Positions 10,601 through 24,200 of a DNA stretch of 64,000 nucleotides are shown in pieces. The DNA comes from Lytechinus pictus. Taxonomy: Eukaryota. Within the stretch, counting starts at the first letter, position 1. Each line of letters begins with the position of its first letter. The notes beneath the pieces are model-generated. The model did no database searches. It saw only the letters and a program-made list of their open reading frames with translations, and was not told the DNA's origin. Position numbers and translations under genes: made by a program. Location of the stretch: positions 15,502,001 through 15,566,000 of the forward strand of contig NC_087251.1 of NCBI RefSeq assembly GCF_037042905.1, in the 5' to 3' direction.

Positions 10601-13600
10601 TAAGTACTCTTATTGTAGCTTTTTCATACTTTTGATAGTATTTAGTTGGTTATACTTTGTTAATTCAAAAGTACTTATTTATTTCATGTAATTTTTTCTA
10701 CTATGTACACTTTGTCAGTCTCCAGACTGTCTTACAATGTCTTTAATGCAATAAACCAAATTGAATCAAATTGAAGTAAAAATTTAGAAAAATGGGGGTC
10801 AGATTTCCAATAAGGACAGTTATTTCAGCTGCTTAAGGCACATGAAATTTGACATCCATTTCTAAATGAAATTCAATACTTAAATGAATGGACTTACGAG
10901 ACTGGAGAGTCTTCCCTATTCTCAATAAGAATCTGGTCCTTTTTATGAAACATTCTGCCATCATAGCGAAGCTTTCCATCTTCATACTTGGCACTGTGTG
11001 ATGTACGACCTGGAGGTAAGTCACATGTGAAGATGAGAACAGACATTAAAGCTATGTACAAGAGAACATGCTAAAAAATATGAGAGTGCAAAATGAAAAG
11101 GCTTCCAGTATAATAAAGTTTAACCCTAGAAGTTTAATTAATGCATAATTTAGGAAGTATTAATTACTTTGATGAATTATTTCATAAAAATCTAAAATTC
11201 GGTAAAAGACATCACAGGTGAGATGTAGGCCAATCTTTGGCACCATCGCACAGATGTTAGTTGAGATCTTAGGGGAAGCTGAATCAGCCCCTTCCAACAC
11301 CTTTTAGGCATCAAAATAGGCTAATCTTTTTAGGTTTAAATGAAAGGCTAGTCAGGTGCCTTAGAAGAACACCCAGCAACGACACCTCATAACCAGTTCA
11401 TACATGTCTGTAAAAACCCAATGACAAACACATACAATCACAACAAAACTATATCAATATCAATGTAGAAGATGGTCAGATAGCAAAAAATGTAACATAT
11501 ATTTTGAGTTACTATTAAATAATCTCACCATCTGATTTCCTTCTAGCACTTGCACCTCTTGCCTGCAAATGAAAAATTATTGAATAACACATCAATATAA
11601 ATTCAGATACATAACGTCACATATAAAAACCATTACATTCCTCATACTGTCTTACAGTCTGTTTAATCATGAGATTAATAGTAGATTTGCCCATCAAACA
11701 TGAGGTGAAGATCTGAATTTTACTTTCAAGTGAACAGCTTTGATCTAGATATAGTCACATTAACAGTAACCTTATCTGGAGTGTGAGCAAGAGTGTTGCA
11801 CTGTTTACTATCATAGGGGAAACTTTGTTGCACTGTTTACTATCTTAGGAGAAAGTTTGCTGCACTGTTTACTTTATTACACATAATCGTGAAAAGGCAC
11901 CATTACCCATGCACAAACAGATGTTACAATTGCATAACATGAAATGTCCTGTCCATTATGCTAACACGTCCTTTTTCTCAACAGCTGTTTACTTTTTTTT
12001 CTTCTAATTAATCATGTATGAATCTGAATGTTTTTTAAGCCAGATAAACTCAGCAAGAACTGTTTGAATACTGTAAATTTTGGAATGTGATGCTTTGAAA
12101 CTGAGTGAAATGGCATGTCAGTTACAATGAATTGCCCCAATGTTATAATGAAAAACATGATACTCAAGACAAATGTTTTACCTTCATTATTGCTGTCCAG
12201 TCATCTAGGATGTCATCCTCACGCAACATATATATTATATAAGGACGTAAAGTGTGAAGTTAAGGAAAATCACACAATTGATAGTAAATCATCTCAAACA
12301 TTAAACTTAATCAAATTGAGCTAAAATCAAACTAACATGATGTTCGATAGAAGATGGCAATAATGCAAGCACCTCATATTTGTCATAGGAAGAACTGGAT
12401 TCTGTAACACAAAGCCTTTAATAATAATTGATAAAAGAAATATTTGATTGAGTGATTGACCACAATGTAGAATAAATCGTGAAAAAAAATCATCATACGA
12501 TGAGTCAGTGTGCTCTGTGTTACGGATACCTGGTGGCAATTGGCCCATCATTGACAGGTGGATTCACTGGAGAGAAAATATTTGAAGGCTGTCTATGGGT
12601 TTGCACAGCCCTGTTTTTAAACTGCAAAATGACAATGACATACTAAAATTTAGAAAACTATAGTCATGTTCTTTATATTTTTCATTAACTGAGTTTTTTA
12701 ATGAACTAAAAAAATGTCATTAACTTCCTCAAATATGAACCATAACTAAGATACAATTCAAATCAAATAAAAATTATAATAGACATGTACTGTATATATT
12801 GTAGGAATGTTTGATGCAATACTAAAAAGTTATCTTTCATCATCACCTTCATCAATTATGTCAGAAAGCATTTTACCTCTTACGAAGGGTTACAGACTTT
12901 TGTGGCGCCATGATGACACTCCCACGTTTTTTAATTTTTATTCAAATACTAGTAATTATAAAGATGGGAAAAATTTTAAAGTAAGTGAAAAGGATATCTG
13001 ACACAGCTACTGGTTTCTTCTTTCTGTCAGAATGTAATGAATCTGGTTTCTTTCCTTTCTGCTTCAAGATCCGAGACTCGTTCCATAATTCTGAATGGTA
13101 ACATGATTGAAATGATAATTGAAGAACTTGTTAAATTCAGTCAGATAACATTGATATGGCAGAGCTTATCCATGCATGATTATCCCTAAAAGCATTAAGA
13201 ATATAATCTAAGAATATAACTAAACAATAAATCAAAGTGAAACAATAAATAAGTTGGATCCATTTACAAGATCAAAAATAAATGAGTAAGGATCAAATAA
13301 GAATTCAAACTTTTCCATCAAATTAATAACTTCTGACACTTCTACTATTCTGTAAGCTTTATCTTCCTTTTATTTCATATTTATTTTAAACAACACATTT
13401 TTTTATATTATTGGAATATACATGTGCACTACATTCAGATCTGATAAATTTTCATTTGAGCTGAAAAACAATTTTTACAATCTATCTGTGAGGAAAAAAA
13501 TGTCAATTTATTTTCATGTCATGATTTATAATACATCATGACATACATGTACATTCCAGGACTTCTTTATTTTGAGAACTAATATTATGCAAAAGTTCAT

Positions 13601-16600
13601 GATGAGCAAGAATAATTCAAAATTTCTATGTCAAAATCAAGTTGCACAGGAAATTTTTAAAGGAAATTGTTGAGGATTATTTATTCTTTATATCTTTCTA
13701 TGAATATAAGCTTCACTTTTTTAATGCACTGAATATTGACTTTCAAGCAATTACAAATAAGATTCTAAATGTACCTGTTGTAAGATCAATATTATGCCTG
13801 TCTTCCTCTAGTCTTTTGATCTTGTCTTCAAGGTCAGCTTTCATGAGATCACGGAGTAAACTTTTCTCACTCTGTGGATTTAAACACATACCATGAAAGG
13901 GATGAATTAAATTGTCAAAAGTATAAACACTAGCTTCTGATGGAATGAGAGGTATATTGTATTTCTTCATTGTGTATAATCAGCAATCCCTTAACTTATT
14001 AGTGGAAATGGCAACTTACAAGGCATACTATAACTTAGAGCAACCAGAGGATAGATAGCGTGCGTGGCCCGATACAGCAGCATGTGAGACACAAAGACCA
14101 TGTCTGCCAGCAGATAATGAATTGTAATTTCTTTTCCTGTCCACACAAGGTAAAACAAAGTTTAAAAAATAAAAATATGCTCACATACAGAACATGTATG
14201 TTCAGCTCTGCATCTCTACAAAACTTGTCCTGATTTCTGAAATATTACCAGTACATGATTAGTTCGTGAATGGTACATTAACATCACAGGCCTACCTATA
14301 ATATTTCTATATTTCTTTCTCTCCAATGAAAATATATTTTTTTATAATATGCGTTCGGGGAATGATGAGGGAATCATTCTTTTATTAAAAAAGAAATTAC
14401 CTCATGGTTTTCCCTTGAGGCTTTTTCTTCACTCTGTAGTTTATTTCTGATGTTCTCCATGCGTAGCTCTCTCAGGACACTAGCAATACGGAGCTTTCTA
14501 CTCTTCATCTGGTCCAGCTCATGGAGGGGGGTTAGATACTCGTGAGCAGCTTCCAACTTGACATCGTTCAACTTAAACTCAATTTGTTCCAGTCGTTCTG
14601 AGTACAATCTACATTGAAGCATTTATAAGGAATGAGTTATACACAATTAACCATGCATGAATGTCAATCATAGGGGCATTCAGCTTAAACTAAGATACAA
14701 AATGTCAAAGGACAAAAACAATGGAATGAAATGGCCCCAGAGATCTTATACAAAACTGATATTTCTAAAAAACACTTTCTAGATTTCATTATTTCCATTC
14801 AAGTATACAGAGTAAACTTACTTGCCATTTCTTTATTAGACTTTTTTGTCATAGATTTTGGTAAATAAAGCCTACAAGACATTTACTGTTTATAGAGTAC
14901 ATGAAAGGGCATAAAGGGATAACAAATTGGCATAAGAAAAATCTCTTTTTATTACTTCTCCAAGATCATATATATGGTAACAAAATTGCAATAAAATTAT
15001 TGCACTTTATGATTATCAGAGATGACATCAATGATTTTACTTCAAAGCTTGATAAGCTCCCTAATTGGTGCAACTTTTATTTTTAAGATAATCAATAATT
15101 TTCTAATACTTACTGATCTCTGAGACTTGTGAACTGACTTTCTAGATCATTCATGTCTTCCATACATTCAGTTCTTCTTCTGTCACAGTCAAATTCATCA
15201 TACTCTGTTCCATGATAAAAAACATTTAAAAAAAAATTCTCTGTTGTTTCTTAAGGTTCAATTTGTTAAGTACAACTTTTCAATTGTCTGAGAAGTACAT
15301 GTATATGAATATCATCAGAATTTTTGGCATTAGCAAACAGAAAATACATCTTTTTTATGAATGAAGTTCAACAAAAGCATACAGACTGAAATGGCCATGT
15401 ACATTTACATATCAAAAGCATTTAGACTTTAGTATTTGATGGCATCAAGTGATTTAAGAATAGAGCTATTCAGTACATGGATAATTTTCAGTATTGTTTT
15501 CCATCTTACAATTTTTTTTGTTTTCAACATCATAGTATATCATGATATTGGATCGTTTATCAAATACAAAGCAATAGCATACAGAAAATAAAATCTTGTT
15601 TTCCTTGTATTTGCCAGTTAGAATTTAACACTACGCTGCATGCTGACTGGCTCAAGTACTCACTTAACCTGGTTTTTGTTTCAAGGTATGATTTGTTCAT
15701 AACAACCATTAATCTAACTTTCTGTATGAATTATTCATCTCAACTAATACCCTTTACAAGGAGAGGGGACATAAAAAGAGAAAAAGAAGCAAAGCAGATC
15801 TAAAATAAGTGAAAAGCAAAGAATTCATGAATTATGGAAATAGAAAATACTAAATTATAGAAAAAATATTTTACCCTCTTTCAAAACATGTAGGAACATC
15901 TTAACATAACCATTTCAACAAAATGTAATTGGCAGTGGGTGTTCTTACATACTTAGAAACATGTATATTTCTGTATGAAAATGTGATTGATAATTCAAGT
16001 GATGTACGTGTTACATGTCAATTCAATAAAATAATTAAATAAATAAAATATTCAAAAATACAAAATTTTGATCACTTAACCACAGAAAACGTGAAAAGTT
16101 TTGTTTGGAGGGGTTGTATGGCATAGGTTTAAATGAAAAGTAACCAAAATTAAAAGTTTTAAAACATACACAAAAATCATAATTCATAAAGTCCTGTAAT
16201 CACAAACCCCCCTCCCCCTAGACAACTGTGACATTCATAAGTGACATAATTTATAACTTCTTCTTCAGTACATGTATGTATCCTTCATGATTTAATATCA
16301 AAACACATGCAGTCATGCAGGGAGGCATCGTAGCTCAGTCGGTTAGAGCGCATGTTTCGGATAAGATCGTAGATCTCAACGTGAGGGGTTCGAGTCCCGC
16401 TCATGCCAAAACACGTCTAACAAAAAATGTGATGCTACATGTATAGCGTCTTAATAGCGTTGTGTGTTAGTGTGCCTCACCACTGTATTCAGTGCAGGTG
16501 TGAATGCAGTTGGAAAACACTCCGTCCATCGGAAAGGACGCAAATGTTGGTTTCGTGTACAGGAGAGTCACAACCTATGCACGTTAAAACCAATACACTA

Positions 16601-18020
16601 TTCGTCAAAGAGTAGGGTGTTCACCCGGTGTATTGCACTTGCCGGTCCCGGCAAAATTCAGGTCAAGTCAATCTTGACATTCATATGTCATAATAATCAA
16701 TATAATGATTGTGGGCATTAACGGAAAGACAAGAAGGCTCACACTTATGCACTACCCAACAGATTGATCACATTTTTGCAAACTAGTTTAATTCCTGTTA
16801 AATTTGGTTGCTCAACTCAGAACTGAATTTATTTTAAAGTAATTTCATATCTTGAAATAAGGCCACTTTTCTGTGTGTAAAGTTTAACTTGTTTGCATAG
16901 TATGCGGCAATATCCTGTACATTGCAGCACAATCAAAATAATATTCCCTTTTCAGCGGTCACATTAATTTTCATTGCCTCCGCATTGACATTGACAGGTC
17001 AATTTTGAAGAAAATAGCCTCATTACAATTTACAGCACTTACGACAATTTTCAAAATTTCACATTCTCAATAACAAGTTGGATAAATTCTCATGACTCAT
17101 AAACAAAGCTTTGCCTTTGGGTTTTGGTTAGTTTTGGCTCATGACTTGTCTACCATAGACCAAAAGCTTCGGTCTCTGTTTTATTGGTTGTTCTGCTGAA
17201 CTCAGTTGGCTCCACTCACCAATTACAGAGACCGAAGTTCTAACTTGATCTATACTGTATACAGGAACTAAATAGCCACATGTTTATTAAGTTCCAATGA
17301 ACCAGGGATGTGGGAGTTGCGCGACAGCCAAAGTAAGTCACTGTTTTTTTTCCTTTTAAGTATATTTTTTCCCATTTTGGTGCATTTAAGGCCAAAAGTA
17401 AAACATAATTATTTTTGTCCAGTTCTTTTTATGTAGGCCTATTTTTATACAATAACTTCAATAGACAAAAATAGAAGATTTTGCATGGGTAGAAGAATCA
17501 CACACACAGCACTAGTAATTGTAATTGCCTCCTGACTAATGGTAGGACTAGGAGTCTGAGACATTGCAAACTCATTCATTGATGCCTTTTGATGGCCAAG
17601 CCAGCCAAGGCAGAGTAAAATAAAATTAAAAAAGAATGGGAGATTCTTTACACTTTTCAGTGAACAGGCCAGAACAGAATTAGAAGGGCTGAGATTAGTA
17701 TTAGAGACTATTAACTTACAAAATTTTAATCAACATGTTCATAGATACCATTTTCGTCGTTGTTCGGGACAAATTTCAGCAAAGACTGTCAACATTAAAG
17801 AAGATTCTAACCCTAAACCAGTTTCACTAAAAAAACACCTCACAAAAATATCAATTAGCGGGACCGAAGCGATGGTATTCTTACCCGACGAGTCGTCATC
17901 ACTGCCAGATGATCCACTTTCAGACTCTTCTTCTTCACTTTTATCCGTGTCAATTATGCTCATCTCTTCCTCCATATCTTCAGGTTCACTGTCACAACCC
18001 ATCTCATTTATTGAAGGCAT
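7661..18020 (-). CDS. BRMS1L: Breast cancer metastasis-suppressor 1-like protein (Sds3 family, Sin3-HDAC subunit), 9 coding exons, 318 aa
   Basis: Exons (minus): 18020-17885, 15204-15114, 14608-14401, 13871-13775, 13090-12998, 12246-12182, 11562-11529, 11009-10898, 7781-7661. All phases join; total 957 nt ending TAG. The translation has an acidic N-terminus, then [79 protein letters not shown] and EVWVRRHDGTKSKL...KGKYTI, co-linear with human BRMS1L as recalled. Confidence 0.96.
8182..8917. mobile_element. TTAA-flanked piggyBac-like non-autonomous element
   Basis: TTAA at 8178-8181 and 8918-8921, right end CCCAGTCTATTCAGGG, and a degenerate left end. A related remnant lies at about 11120-11340. 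Confidence 0.65.
9359..10219. mobile_element. Helentron-associated (HINE/DINE-like) non-autonomous element with internal ~162-bp tandem repeats
   Basis: Subterminal inverted repeats GTCTCACCTGCAT (9382) / ATGCAGGTGAGAC (10201), a terminal hairpin, a (GCC)n microsatellite, and repeat anchors at 9451, 9614, 9775 and 10017. Confidence 0.7.
12247..12997 (-). other. U12-type (minor spliceosome) AT-AC intron in BRMS1L, 751 nt
   Basis: 5' splice site ATATCCTTT starts at 12997, branch sequence TTCCTTAAC is at 12267-12259, and the 3' end AC is at 12248-12247. Splicing restores the conserved VSG-PY junction. Confidence 0.95.
16324..16660 (+). mobile_element. tRNA-derived SINE with the same core, in BRMS1L intron 1
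   Basis: A box TAGCTCAGTCGG (16331) and B box GGTTCGAGTCCC (16387). Shares GGAAAACACTCCGTCC...GCACGTTAA...CTATTCG...AAGAGTAGGG...CCCGGTGTA with the 38559 copy. 3' end approximate. Confidence 0.82.
17157..17475. repeat. Interspersed repeat, short copy (sister of 46970-47483)
   Basis: Co-linear with the sister copy from AGACCAAAAGCTTCGGTCTCTGTT to AGACAAAAAT. Confidence 0.8.
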
Positions 18021-18674
18021 CTTGGCCACTCTAAAGGACAAAAGTTCATGAGAAATTAACCCTCACGCGGGTGATTTTCACAGGTAGCGCTCGTCTCTTG
18101 TCTTTTTCAAAGGATTTGTTTACCGCTGCGATTGCAAGTAGAGGGCGTTTCAACTGACTTTCCCCTTTTCCCCATGCGAGCTCGGGCTTTTCTATCTTAT
18201 TCCATTGGAGCTATTAACACAGGGTTAACACACTAAATAGCCCCGTGCTTATTCTGTGATTCGATGCTGTTAATGTTACAGCCTACCACACACAAAAATA
18301 ATAATAATAATAATAAAAATAAAAAAACAAAAAGAGAAGAAACAACTGATGGGGAAAATTTCTTAGGTCGCGAGCGAGCGAATTTTTCAACCGGTCTGAA
18401 AATTCTGAATCGCAATGAGAACTACCCTTATCCCAAGGAAAATATTTGAGGGTCGTCTGGTCATTCATGATACCTCAATCCAAAAACGGTCGCCCCAATC
18501 AAATGATTTTGCCCCCGCCCCCATAAAACTGAAAATAATGTGCCCTCAATGCCGCCACCAGCTGTAAACTATTTTGGTGTTTTATCTCCGCTGAAGAATG
18601 AGCTTCTCCTCTTATTGCCCGCACAAACATTTGGAGGGTTTTTAAGTTTGGTTTTTATTTTCCTTCTGTTTATC

Positions 18675-21283
18675 CGCTGGCGTAAATCCGGTCCGAGCAG
18701 TGGGGGGGGGGGGGGATAGCAATAAAATTTAAATTTTGGGGGTCACCCCCACACGAAGGGCTATGTGTATATAGGGGGTATATAACCACATACATAATAC
18801 TACCACATCTTTCAATTAAAAGCCTATAACAAATTTTAGATGGCTATATTGTAATGTATTTGTTGTGATATAAAGTAATTAATTACTGGCAATTTGAGCG
18901 AGCAACTTTTCAGTAGTTGGAAGACAGAATGGTGTAAAAAAAAAAAAAAAAAACCTCTTCAACATGATTGTTAAAGAGGGGTGTAATTATCACTTATCAC
19001 ATCACGGGTAATGTATACTTATATACTGTAAAATGATGTGTCCATATACACGATTTTTTTCGTCGGCTATAGATTTGTTAAGATACAAAGTAATGGATTA
19101 CAGTTAAGATCAATATGCGAGCGAGTGAAGCGAGCAAGCAAATTTGCAATAGTTGGAAGACAGAATGATGACCAAACTCAGGCGCGTATCTTATTTCCTA
19201 ATCACGTGAAAAAGGGTAATCGAAGACCACTCATGTGTTCATAAAAAATATCCATGAATATGTTGTAATACCATGCGCACTTTTTAAAAAGAATAAATGC
19301 GACCAGAAAGCATAGAATTTCAATAAGTTTAACTTCTCATCAGAGTGGTATAGGCCTTACTAAAATCATGAGTGCGGGAACTGTAATTTCTTTACCAGGG
19401 GCGGATCCAGCTTTCGCTAATGGGGGGGGGGGGTATTTTCATCTATAATTGTTTCCCGATCGGACATTCTAAGAACTTTTTGCAACCGTGAACATCATGG
19501 GTATACGTGACTATTTCTAAACAAAATTGATGCGAGCGCGAAACACGAGCTGAAAATTTTTGATATTCTGACCTCAGATTTGGAAAATCTATAAATAGGC
19601 CTACTTTTTGGTAATCAACAATAAGATGGGTATCCATCTGGAAAAAATGGACATTATAAGCATTTTTTTGTAACCATGAACAGGATGGGTATCTATTTAA
19701 ACAATATTATAGTGCGATCGCGAAGCGCGAGCTGAAAATATTGATATTCTTACCTAAACTTTGGACATTCTTTGTATTTTTGGTAATCATGAACAAGATG
19801 ATCATATAACTTAGCAATTAATGCGACCTCGAAGCGCGAACTGAAAATTTTTGATAATCCGACCGAAAACTTGTCATTCTAAGTACATTTTGTGACCATG
19901 AACACGGTGATTATTTATCTAAATTGATGCGAATGCGAAGCGCTAGCTGATTTTTTTTTATATTCTGATATTTAAAATTTGGACATTCGAGTAAGCATTT
20001 TTAATTGGTGATCATGAACAGGATGAGTATGTAACAAATATTTTATGCGAGCGCCGCGAAAAGTTGTACCTTTCGACCCAAAGTTGGAAAGTTCTAAGCA
20101 CTTTATCTAACCATGAAGAGGATCGTCACCTAAACAATATTGATGCGAGCGCGAAGAGCGACATAATTTGTTTTATATATTCTGACCTAAAATTTGCACT
20201 TTTGGTAATCATCATGAACAGGACGGGCATCTAACTATTAGCATTGGATGCGAGCAAACATGAGTTCGGCGCCCCCCCCCCCCCCCCCCCATTAGAAACA
20301 TGAAGTAAGCACCACCGTCAAACATCAAATTGGCGTTCCAAAGGTCGAATATGAATTTGGCGCCCCAAAACAAACATCAAATTGGCACCCCCATGTCGAA
20401 CTTCAATTCGGCTCCCTTAGGTCGAACATCAAATTCGGCGCTTCTAGGTTAAACATTAATTTGGCGCCCCTATATGTCGAACGTCAATTCGGCGCCCCTA
20501 TATGAAAGGAAAATATTGCAGAAAGGAGATATTTTGAACAATATTTAAGATTATATTGAAAGACTAATGCAACATTCAAAATTTTGAGCAAAATTCATAT
20601 ATATTTGAAATATTTATTAGATTGTTGTGTTAACTAGTGTAAACTGGGGAGTGTTTCATGAAGGACTTGTCGGACGTTTTATCCGACAGTTACCATAGTA
20701 ACAGTGCCTCACAGCCAATCAGAATCAAGGAATGTTGTCAGATCTGACAACTTGCCGGACAAAAATCTTGATGAAACACTCCCCGGATGATATTGTAAAG
20801 TTGTAAATATTGCTGTCCTACCTTGCCTCTGTGTTCCATTAACGGCATTGATTTGGTCAATGCCAGAAGTAACTCATCGAACACTGTAACTTGAAGTATA
20901 GGATATGCCTATATTTTCTGTACAAAATTCACCCATTTTTTCATGCCAGTTATAACCATATTTAAAAGTGATTGGTATCATACAATTCATAAATTTAAGC
21001 ATACTCCATGATGCAGCAGATAGGCAATAAGCATGATACTCTAAACGAAGGGAGTTGTCATTGCCAAATTCTTGTAAGATTAGATTGACTGCGCGAGAAA
21101 TTTTGCATTTTTAGAATGCAAAATTTGGCAAATTAAACACTCTGACCGCATTTGATATGAAATTTTGTTTCTGTCTTGAAAAGAAGGGATAGTATAAGTT
21201 GTACATACTATCCCCCTCCCTTCTCCGAAAAGTGAGGGGGGGGGGGACATATCCCTCATCCCCCAACGGGATTTACGCCCGTG
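18675..21283. mobile_element. Composite hAT-like element upstream of BRMS1L with internal tandem arrays
   Basis: Ends ...GGCGTAAATCC / GGATTTACGCC... and near-TSD TGTTTATC / TGTTTATT. Contains ~120-bp repeats (about 19480-20260) and ~32-bp repeats (about 20320-20500). Confidence 0.55.
20646..20784. mobile_element. Short MITE
   Basis: TIRs GGGGAGTGTTTCAT / ATGAAACACTCCCC. Confidence 0.8.
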
Positions 21284-24200
21284 TGTTTATTCTTTCGTTT
21301 TTGCTTTTGCTTTTCTATGATGAAAACTCAATACTTTTTGGAGCAAGTTTTGCTTGTCAAATTTACCCGAGCACCCCCTAAAAATTGTTCCCAGGGCCCT
21401 GAACAACAACACTAAATAAACAAGAAAATACATGCCTTCACTCCACCTATCACCTATTACACTGTGTAGGGCCGTAATTGCCACTGAAAATGATTGATAA
21501 AGCCCCTCCGCCTAACGTTCATTTCATTCATATTCTTATCAGTATTTCTTTTCATAATAGGGGCGAATGTTACATTGTCCAAGTGACTTTTTAATCTCTT
21601 TTTTTCAAAAGGTTATATATCACATTTGTTCTAAATAAATAACGTGAGGGCAAAGTGCGAACTGAAAAGTTTTTAAACATACTGCATGAAAGTTGTTTAT
21701 TTTAAAACTATGAACAGGATTATTTCCTACCTAAATGAATAATGCAAGCGCAAAGCGCGATCGGACTTTTACATATATTCAGACTTGAATACGGGACATT
21801 AATTCTCAGCCATTTAAGTTGTTTTCATGAACATGATGTATAATGTAAATAAACCATAATGCGATCACGAAGCATGAGCGGGAATTATTTATATATACTA
21901 CTCTCTAAAGACACTGAGTAAATTAATTTTACCCAATATTGGGTAGAAAGGGAACATGAATGATTGCCGAGTATTTTTTTTACCCCATATTTTGCTATTT
22001 CAACGCAACATTGCGTAAAATCTACAAAATATTGGATATCGTTTTACCCAACCAACATGCATGTTCCCATTTTACCCAATATTGGGTAAACCTTTTTTTA
22101 GAGTGTATAACCTGAAAAATTGATACTTTTAGGACTGTTGGTAGGAATTTCATTTTAAAAGATTTATGTTTCTCACTTAACAAATAATGCGAGCACAGAA
22201 CGCGAAAGCCTGAATTTTTTTACATTTAGACTTTAAAAATTTGACATTTTAGGCACTTCTGCATCATGAAAAGGATGCGTATCGCACGAAAGAGCGCTCC
22301 GCTGAAATATATTTTGTACGGAATATTTAAAGCGCCATGTAATGCTGATGAACCTAATATGTATCTCATTAGATAGACAATGCGATCCTGAGGTCATCTG
22401 TAGGGCACGCGCGTTCCAAATTTTCGGGGGAAATGGGGTATACAGTCATGTAAGAGCTCACTTGGGCGATCCCGAAAAGCATTGATATATATGGGTTTTT
22501 TTTAGAATTTTTGTCCGGAAATTATTTTATAAAGGAAGCTTATAACGTTCCCAGAAGAATTCTGAATTTTAGGCGGTAATTTTGCTAACTTTCCATCTAA
22601 CTACTGATAGTAAGGGTTTTTATTAAGCTGGTTTACCTTTCAAAAGCCGCAAAAAATCCCTAACCCATCCTAAAGGGGGTTATCTCTAAGAATCTGGAAC
22701 AATAAATGCGTATGGAGTTGACTGCCCGAGGGGGGGGGGGGGCGGTAGCAGATCCCATCAACTTATTAATGTATATGAGACTCTTGATTACAATTTATGA
22801 AAAAAATAATTGATGTCATAACTAATGATATTGTAAAGAGAGACTATTGTTTCACACTAATGATATCATTCATTCATTCATAACCGGTATGACATCCCCA
22901 ACATGAGAGAAATGGTAACATATAGCGCTTAACGAGAAACATTATAGTGCGTAACGAGAACCTGGATATGAAACCCGATATTCATAAAACTTCAAGGAAT
23001 TTCACAATTCAGAAATGTACTAAAGTATCGTTATGAAAATTCATAATGACCGTCAGAATGTGAGATGAGGGTCACTTCGGTTGAAATGTTGTTTATTCAT
23101 AATATCATGCGCCCGGAATATGCTTAAGGTCTTTATATTAATATTGGGGTTAGTACTCATAACAATTAATACGGAAATGAGGGTCCAATTCAGAAAAATA
23201 CCCTCATTACTATACGATTTGCTGGACATATTTCTTTTTTTAATAATAAAAAACGACCTGCATTGAAATGGTCCGACTCTTGAAACTAACACCGATGTTG
23301 ATATAGGCCATCATAAAACCCGAATGCAAAATCCACTGTGCTAAGGATTCCCTGAATTGTTTTACACTGAACCATTCAAACGAATATGAATGAGTCAGAG
23401 GATGCAATGAGGTATAATGACTTCACCGTAGATTGGTGCACTTTATTATATCCAATCAATAATAATCTGACTATTAAATTACAATCCACCACATGAAATG
23501 GACATTTTGATACTTGCATTGCATAATATACATCTAGAAACATAATCTGAATATAGCTTGACTTTTTATTTTAAAAAAATAAACAAAGCACAAAATACAT
23601 TATTACTGTTTGCCAATGAAACACGGTCTACACGAAATAATTGTCAATTGCTACTTTTTTTTAAAATCAGTACATACATGAACATATGATTTCAACATAG
23701 AGATGGAAGAACTTTGCTGACAAACATTATTATGTCTATGAAAACATTATGAACATACTCCTTTAACAATAAATTCACATCGATAATTTGCATAAATCGT
23801 GATGAAAATCAATTCTTTGAGATAATAATCACGTGACACAGAGGAAACGTGAACACAGTCATGACGACCTAAGATGGAGAGATAAAGAGAGACAGGAAGA
23901 GATGTCGATATGATGTTGTCTAACTATATCAACAAAACTTACAATGTTAGATGTCAACTGGACATAAGAATACCTTTTGAATTTCTGTTATATTTACCAA
24001 CTTATATTCACCAACTTACAAATTGGCAAGGATATAGGAAAGACAAAATAAGCAATAAATTATTATTAATATATTCATTTGTCTGATGCCCACCCTGTAC
24101 CGTGATACGTGGACGATATTCGATTTGATTTCTAGTATGTCTAAAGACATCAACTTGTGAAAAAGGGATTATGACAGGCACCATTAAACTTTTACAAATT

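Noticed and set aside
16324..16410. tRNA gene candidates here and at 38559-38635 and about 63215-63285
   Set aside because: A/B boxes are present but the cloverleaves are defective. The first two continue into a shared SINE core; the third is highly degenerate.
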